Part shown: piece by piece, positions 57,766 through 64,000 of the stretch
How the letters are laid out: each line of letters begins with the position of its first letter
Numbering within the stretch: position 1 is the stretch's first letter
Source: Candidatus Eiseniibacteriota bacterium
GTDB taxonomy: Bacteria; Eisenbacteria; RBG-16-71-46; SZUA-252
Assembly (NCBI GenBank): GCA_963703225.1
Contig: OY969801.1
Coordinates: 192,001 to 256,000, forward strand
Direction: 5' to 3'
Length of the DNA stretch: 64,000 nt
Translations under genes and position numbers: made by a program
The notes under the pieces: generated by a model
Databases searched by the model: none
What the model was told of the DNA's origin: nothing
What the model saw: the letters and a program-made list of their open reading frames with translations, nothing else

Positions 57766-60112
57766 CGGCCCGCGCCGGCCGCGCGCCGGTCTCCAAGCCC
57801 GGATCTTCCTCACCTTTGGGGTGATCGTCATCGGGCTCGTGGCGGCCGCCGTCGCGTTCCTGGTGCGCAGCGAGAGCGATTCCCTGCTCCGCGAGACCAA
57901 GAAGCGCGGATTCGCCGTCGCGCGGAGCATCGCGTGGCTCTCCACCCCTTCGCTCCTCTCCTACAACTACATCGCGCTCAATCAGGCCGCCAGCCGGTCC
58001 CAGGCCGGCAGCGAGATCGCCTACGTCATCATCTACGACAAGGAGGGGCAGATCGCGGCCGACAGCCGGTCGCACAACTCCTTCGGCCAGCCACCCCGCG
58101 ACACGGCTGACTTCGCGGCTCAGGCGGCGCGAGAGGAGAAGTGGAGCTTCATCGAGCCGCGCCGGCCCGGCGAAGGGCGGGTCCTCGAGATACTCCTCCC
58201 GGTCTACGTCGAGGGATATCAGGTGAAGTGGGGAACGGTCCGGGTCGGGATCTCGCTCAAGGGGCTCGACCGGGAGATCGCGGCGCTCACCCAGCATCTC
58301 ATCGTGGCCGGCATGATCGCTTCGATCCTCTGCCTGATCGGCGCGCGTCTGGCCGCGCGCGGCATCACCCGACCGATGGATCGGCTCGTCCTGGCCACCC
58401 GCGCGATCGCCCAAGGGGACTACTCCCAGCGCCTCCATCTCAAAAGCGGGGACGAGATCGAGACCCTGGCGTGGCACTTTGACCGAATGGCCGACGAAGT
58501 GCAGCGGCAGCAGGCGGAGATCCTCGCGAGCCGGGAGAATCTCGCGCGGTTGAACCAGGGCCTGGAGGCGGCCGTCCAGGCGCGAACGCACGCGCTGGCC
58601 GAATCGGAAGGGAAGTACCGAATTCTCGTCGAGAGCTCGCCCCAGGGAATCCTGATTCTCCAGTCGGGCAAAGTCGTCTTCGTCAATCCCGCGCTCGAGC
58701 AGATGACCGGTTGCTCGGCCCCGACGCTTCTGCGCACGGGATTCGATCCCATGATCCTCTTCGCCAAGGAATCCCACGAGGCCGTCTTGGAATCGGTCGA
58801 GTCGCCCCAGCGAAAGGGGACTCAGTTCGCGGCCGAGATGATCCACTCCTCCGGACGTCGGATCTTTGTCGAGGTGCAGACCGCTCCACTCGACTTTGAG
58901 AACGCCCCGGCGACGATGCTCCTGCTCTCGGACGTGACCGCCGTGCGGGATCTGCAAGACAGGCTCACCCGCGGCGAGAAGCTCCGGGCCCTTGGTGAGC
59001 TCGCCGCTGGGGTGGCGCACGACTTCAATAACAACCTGGGCATCATCCTCGGGCGGACGCAGCTCCTCCAGATGCGGATCACCGACCCCGAGCTGGCCGC
59101 GGGGCTCAACGTGGTCCGGCAAGCCGCGATGGACGCGGGCGAGGCGGTCCGGCGGATCCAGCAGTTCAGCCGCGTGCGCGAGGACCGGGCGCACGAGGTG
59201 GTCGATCTGCCCGCGCTCGCGCAGGAGGTCGTGGAAATCACTCGCGGGAAGTGGAAGAACGACAGCGAGCGCCGCGGCGTCAAGGTCGACGTGGGCATCG
59301 AAGTCCAGGATCCGCGCCCGATTTTGGGCTCCCGCGCGGAGCTTCGTGAAGCGCTCACCAATCTGATCTTCAACTCCGTCGACGCGCTGCCGAAGGGCGG
59401 GATGATCACCGTTCGGTGCCGCTCCGAGGGCGACGCCGCGATTCTGGAGGTCGCGGACAATGGGATCGGCATGACCGAGGACGTCAAGGCCCGGATGTTC
59501 GAGCCCTTCTTCACGACCAAAGGCGTCTCCGGAAACGGGCTCGGGCTCTCGATGGTCTATGGAATCGTCTCCCGCCATCAGGGCGCCGTGGAGGTGGACA
59601 CGGGGCCGGGCGCGGGCACGACCGTCCGAATGCGCCTCCCCGTGACCGACCAAGAGGGGAGCGCGGGGCCGTCCGGTGCCTTCGTCCGCCCGCCGTTCCA
59701 GGCCCGCATCCTCGTCGTGGACGACGAGCCCGAGATCTTGCGCGTGCTCCGTGAAGCCCTCGAGGGAAACGGGCACGTGGTCGAAACCGCTTCCTCCGGC
59801 TCGGAGGGGATCGAGCGATTCCGGCGGTCCCCGTTCGACGCGGTGCTCTCGGACGTCGGGATGTCCGACGTGAGCGGCTGGGAGGTGGCGCGGGCGGTCC
59901 GGCAGGAGGGTCCCCCGACGCTGGTTCTGGGGCTGGTCACGGGGTGGGGCGCCACGATCAGCGAAGAGATGGTGACCGCCCACGGAGTCAACTTCGTGAT
60001 CGCGAAGCCGTTTGACGTGGACGAGCTGGTGTCGAAACTAAATCAGGCGATCGAGGCTCTGGCCGTCACTCCGAATCGAGCCGCTTCACCCACCGCATCT
60101 CGCCCGACTTAA
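57737..60112 (+). CDS. Hybrid sensor histidine kinase (TM-periplasmic-TM-HAMP-PAS-HisKA-HATPase-REC)
   Basis: GVAHDFNN, NLIFNSVDA, DNGIGM, FFTTK, GLGLS; REC ILVVDDE...LSDVGM...AKP; likely GTG start at 57737. Confidence 0.93.
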   Translation: MKSTETPAADGPRRPRAGLQARIFLTFGVIVIGLVAAAVAFLVRSESDSLLRETKKRGFAVARSIAWLSTPSLLSYNYIALNQAASRSQAGSEIAYVIIYDKEGQIAADSRSHNSFGQPPRDTADFAAQAAREEKWSFIEPRRPGEGRVLEILLPVYVEGYQVKWGTVRVGISLKGLDREIAALTQHLIVAGMIASILCLIGARLAARGITRPMDRLVLATRAIAQGDYSQRLHLKSGDEIETLAWHFDRMADEVQRQQAEILASRENLARLNQGLEAAVQARTHALAESEGKYRILVESSPQGILILQSGKVVFVNPALEQMTGCSAPTLLRTGFDPMILFAKESHEAVLESVESPQRKGTQFAAEMIHSSGRRIFVEVQTAPLDFENAPATMLLLSDVTAVRDLQDRLTRGEKLRALGELAAGVAHDFNNNLGIILGRTQLLQMRITDPELAAGLNVVRQAAMDAGEAVRRIQQFSRVREDRAHEVVDLPALAQEVVEITRGKWKNDSERRGVKVDVGIEVQDPRPILGSRAELREALTNLIFNSVDALPKGGMITVRCRSEGDAAILEVADNGIGMTEDVKARMFEPFFTTKGVSGNGLGLSMVYGIVSRHQGAVEVDTGPGAGTTVRMRLPVTDQEGSAGPSGAFVRPPFQARILVVDDEPEILRVLREALEGNGHVVETASSGSEGIERFRRSPFDAVLSDVGMSDVSGWEVARAVRQEGPPTLVLGLVTGWGATISEEMVTAHGVNFVIAKPFDVDELVSKLNQAIEALAVTPNRAASPTASRPT

Positions 60113-60575
60113 GCCGTCGCTCCCGGTAGCCGACCGCCTCCAGGAACCGCTCACCGTCGTCGTACCCCTGGGGCACTTCGGCCGTGATGGCCGTCGCTCC
60201 GTGCTCGTCCGCCAGGAATCGCTCGATCATCTCGAGCGCGGCTCTCCCGAACCCGTGACCCCGCTCGGCCTGGGAGAGCACCAGCCCGCGCAGAATCGAC
60301 GGCACCTCCTCCGACCCCACCTCCACCTCGAGCGTTCCGATCAGCGACTTGTTGTCGGTGCGCCGAACGGCGAAGTAGTAGCGGGCGTCGTCCGCGATCG
60401 CCTCCTCGTACATCATCTCGACGTGGACGGGGTCGAAGTCGGACGAGCCGGTCAGCGCCTCGAAATAATCGGGCGCGTCCAGATAGACCTTCCAGATCGT
60501 CGGGAGGTGTTCCGGTCCGGGAATCTCGAGATATACCTGCGGGCCATCAATCCGGGTCGTTGTCGACGCGCTCAT
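60066..60575 (-). CDS. GNAT-family acetyltransferase
   Basis: AERGHGFGRAAL acetyl-CoA loop, FLEAVGY; ATG 60575 overlaps the protease stop. Confidence 0.8.
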   Translation of the reverse strand: MSASTTTRIDGPQVYLEIPGPEHLPTIWKVYLDAPDYFEALTGSSDFDPVHVEMMYEEAIADDARYYFAVRRTDNKSLIGTLEVEVGSEEVPSILRGLVLSQAERGHGFGRAALEMIERFLADEHGATAITAEVPQGYDDGERFLEAVGYRERRLKSGEMRWVKRLDSE

Positions 60576-63540
60576 CGCAGCAAGACCGCCTTCTCCACCC
60601 GCACCCCGCTCGCCGCGCGAAGCTCGAAGAAGTAGAGGCCCGCTCCAACGGGTCTGCCCCGTCCGTCGGTCCCGTCCCATGAGAGCGGCAGGATTCCCTG
60701 GCGACCGCGCGAGTCGGCGAGGGTGCGGACCAAGCGACCCGTCGGCGCGATAGACGCGTACCACATAGGGACCATCCTGGTCCAGGGAGACCGAGAAAGA
60801 CGCGTTCGGTGAGAACGGATTGGGCCTGATTCGGCTGATCGCCAGGACGCGTGGCGGCGAGCCGTTGTCGACACCCGAAGGCACCGCGACCAGAATCGGC
60901 CCGGCGGTCGCTTCGGGCTCGCCGGGGCGCGAGGCGGTGATCCAGTAGCGATAGGAGAGCCCGGACACGACACGCCGGTGTCCTCGTATTCGCCCGAGCG
61001 GTCGTCCCAGGGGAGCGTCGCGATGCGCTGCCGCGGGGCAGCCGTGGCCGCGCGGTCGATCCCGACCGTGGCACCCACGGCGTCGGCCAATCCCCAGGCA
61101 ATGCGGACCGCCGCGCGCCCCGGGATCGCCGCCGCCTCGAAGCGGGTCACCGCGACACCGGTGGTCGTGCACTGGTCGTCGCCCGTCACGGTTACGTCGT
61201 CGATCCACCAGCCGAGGCCGTCGCTGGTGATCGGAGGCGAGGACCGAAACCGGAACCCCACCTGGACGATTCCTGAATACCCGGTGAGCGGAACTTTGAT
61301 CTCCTCGAACGTCAGCTTTTGCCCGGTAAAACGGTCTCCGTTCGTGTAGCCCGCCCACCGGAGTCAGCAGCGTCCAGGTCTCGGCCCCGTCGGTGGAAAT
61401 CTCGACCGTGAGACCGTCGTTTGCGACTTCGCTGTCGTACCGCTGCCAGAAGGCGAGAGTGTCCGCGATCCCGCTCAATCGGACCGGCTGGCTCACGAGC
61501 CGCGCGTCCTGGGAGGGCGCGTAGGTGCCGATCACGCCCACGGGACCCATCCTCCACGCCCACGAGCCCGGCGGGTGGCTGATGCCCGATTCTCGGTGCC
61601 ACTCGTTGATCCCGTCGCAGCCCTCCCCCGTGGAGATCCAGTGGCGCACCGTCGTCTCGAAATTGTCGCAGATGCCGGTCTTCGTCCCCACGAGCACCTG
61701 CACGCTGTCGAAGTCGACGAGTCCAGCGGCCGCTTCGAGGTCCGTGGTGATCGTCACGCCCAGCGGGTCGGTCGCGGGGAGGATCGTCGCCTCCACCACC
61801 GAGCCCGAGTCGACTCCGCCCGGTGGGATCGATGAGTACGAGATCGAGTCCGGGTCGAGGGTCATGAAAGAGCCCGTGGCGAGCCTCGCCGTGAGCGGGC
61901 CGGTTGGTCCCGACGCGAAGTTGTGGAGTGGGATCCGAATCCGGACCGTTTCACCGGGCTCGACCAGCCCGTTCCCGTTGTTGGGGAAACCGTTGAACGG
62001 TGCGTCGTCGACGACGAGTGCCTTCCGACGGACCGTCACGCCGTTCACGAAGCAGATCGGCGGTGACGTTGGTGCCGAGCTCGGCGATGTTCCGAACCGC
62101 GACCTGGCTCGGCGCGTCGTTGCAATAGCTGGCGCTGGGGGGGCACGACCCGTCGAAGGAGGTCGCGTTCCGCGCGCCGGGCCAGGGATCGAACTTGTCG
62201 CCTCGATTTCCCGTGACGCTGATCGTCTGTCCGCAGGCGAGCTGGGATGCCACCGCCCCCCGATGGATGTCGAGGTTCTGCGCCCCCTGACGGCCGAGCA
62301 GGAACTCGGGCCCTCCCGCCTCCATCACGTCGAGCAGTTTGTGGGCGGCATTGTTGTTGTTCGGAATCGTGTCGTCGACGTGATAGATGACCAGTCCGTG
62401 GGCCGAGCCGTCGCCCGATTCGTTGGAAGACCGGACAAGCCCGACGTCCGTGTCGATCGGCTGGCGATTCTCCACCAGAAAGTACTCGCCCGCGTCCTCG
62501 CCGTTCGTCCAGAGCCGGAAGACCCGCCCCGATGTCTCCACCGGCGGGATGGTGACGCCGGCCGAATCGTGGAGCACCCAGGTCGGCGTGACCCACCCGA
62601 GCTGGATCTTGGACCACGCGGACATGTGCGCTGGGCTCGATCCGATCGGGTCGGTGATGAGGTGGTTGTAGACGCCGGTGGCCATCAGATCCCACTCTCC
62701 GACGCCTTCGGACGAGGCGGGGCCGCTGCTCAGGTCGTATAGGTCCGGGAGCCCGAGGACGTGGCCGAATTCATGGCAGAAGACGCCTCTCGAGATGAGG
62801 TCGCCGGCATTCTCGTAGCCGTTGGACATAGCCCATTCTTCCGGCTCCGTCGTGTAGGCGAACGCGCGTATTCCGTCGTTGGTTTGCAGCGAGAGATTGA
62901 ACTTGTGGGACCACATGTCGTTGAGGTTGTCGGTCTCCTCGGCACCCGGCCCCGCGTGCACGATGAATAGTCCATCGATGACGTTATCCGGGGCGCCCAG
63001 CGGACCGTTCGCGTCGAACTGCGCGAAGTCAACGTCGGGGTCGGCGAGGTCGACCGCGTCGCGCATCATCCCCTGAGAATTTTGCGGAAATCCGCCAAAG
63101 CCCGACTGGTTGTCTGTGTAGTAACTGTACGGTTGGGGCGCGGTGTACCAGCGGGTCACCATTCCTTGCAAGTCGAACTGTCCCCGCGAGACCTGGTTGT
63201 AGTAATCGCGGACACTTCCGCCGGGGCGTGTGCCTTGGGAAAAGAGGAGGTCGTAGAAATCGGCGGGCGTGTGGTTCAGCGTGTCGGCGGGGTTGTCGGG
63301 GAATTGCAAGAGGATGACCACGCAATTGAATCTGCCGGAGACGCCCGCGGTCATCTTCTCGGCCGCGTCGACTCCAGGGGCGCGAAGCTGCGGCAGGCGG
63401 GCAAGAGCCCCCGTGGACGACCGGCCCCTGCCGCCGCGGGTTCCGCCTGGGTCGATCGGGGGCGCGGCAAGGGCCCGCGACTCTCCCCAAAGCAGGCACA
63501 CCCCTACGACGAGCCCCAACAGGCGCACGAATGCCTCCAC
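60572..63540 (-). CDS. Secreted M6 (immune inhibitor A-like) metalloprotease with FlgD-Ig tail (several apparent indels)
   Basis: Signal peptide; FCHEFGHVLGLPDLYD, WDLMATG, EYFLVENRQ; tail PNPFSP...WDGTDGRG...GLYFFEL across shifted frames. Confidence 0.88.
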
Positions 63541-63564
63541 CGGCCGACTAGGTTGTGGGGTCGC

Positions 63565-64000
63565 TTAGAGTTGTGCGGGAGCGGGCTTCGCGCGCCCGAA
63601 GCCGGCGCGCTCCTGCTTCCCCCAGCCACCACGCCCTAAGATGATATCCACCAAGGCGCCAAGGCGGAAGAAGAGAGTGAGGATTCGGTAGGAGAAGTTT
63701 TCGAGGACGCCGATTCCGACCATCTGGGCAAAGTCGCCCCAGGAGCGGTAGAGGCCGAACGAGAGCTCCTCGAGGAAGACGGCGGAGATCGATAGAAATG
63801 CACCGGACGTCACCGCCAGGAAGAGGAACGCCCAGAAATAGATGGGCGAGAGAAATCCCATGAAATAGGCGATCGGGATGATGATGTAGCCCACCAGCTC
63901 GACGATCGGCCCCATGAACTCGAAGAAGAAGTAGTAGGGAAGCCCAATCCAACGAAGCGAGCCCGAGTGCTTTCCCCAGAGAAGCGACCGGTGTAGCCAA
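63565..64000 (-). CDS. C-terminal membrane part of a GT2 (PgaC/cellulose-synthase-like) glycosyltransferase, runs off the window
   Basis: IGLPYYFFFEFMGPIVELVGY...LENFSYR...WGKQERAGF. Confidence 0.75.
   Translation of the reverse strand, partial: WLHRSLLWGKHSGSLRWIGLPYYFFFEFMGPIVELVGYIIIPIAYFMGFLSPIYFWAFLFLAVTSGAFLSISAVFLEELSFGLYRSWGDFAQMVGIGVLENFSYRILTLFFRLGALVDIILGRGGWGKQERAGFGRAKPAPAQL

Noticed and set aside
60066..62048. 660-aa protease fragment-GNAT fusion
   Set aside because: It contains off-frame stretches; the protease ends at 60572 and the GNAT has its own ATG at 60575.

Overview
High-GC bacterial window with no rRNA, tRNA, CRISPR array, integrase or transposase that I can recognise. 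Five secreted proteins end in FlgD-Ig/T9SS-like C-terminal sorting domains and there is a PorV-like barrel, which suggests an FCB-related lineage such as Candidatus Eisenbacteria (inference). From left to right: Nudix + Mre11-like + membrane-anchored Rad50-like genes; a HEAT-repeat/HD-GYP pair; a sigma-54 activator with a degenerate receiver; a MacAB-type exporter; GT39-TPR; a GcvT/two FAD oxidoreductase/Rieske cluster; a PKD protein; groES-groEL with a sigma-54 promoter; a ~15 kb minus-strand operon; HDAC; AtoE; a UvrD-nuclease; trxA; NatAB-like ABC; pepP-like/hflX/pepP-like/arfB; an orphan solute-binding protein with a hybrid histidine kinase; GNAT; an M6 protease; and a partial GT2. The best candidate for an undescribed system is the 25.4-40.3 kb operon. 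It looks like a complete trans-envelope relay: two secreted beta-propeller receptors, a PorV-like barrel fused to transglutaminase-like and TPR domains, a periplasmic TPR partner sharing a new C-terminal motif, a CHASE2 Ser/Thr kinase, an ECF sigma factor and a 66-aa protein. Directly upstream, on the same strand, is a candidate ~200-nt structured RNA with a sigma-54 promoter and a terminator nearly identical to that of groEL. Several genes, including groEL, carry single-base indels that are most likely sequencing errors and create false fusions in the ORF track. All domain calls are by eye from motifs; no searches were run.
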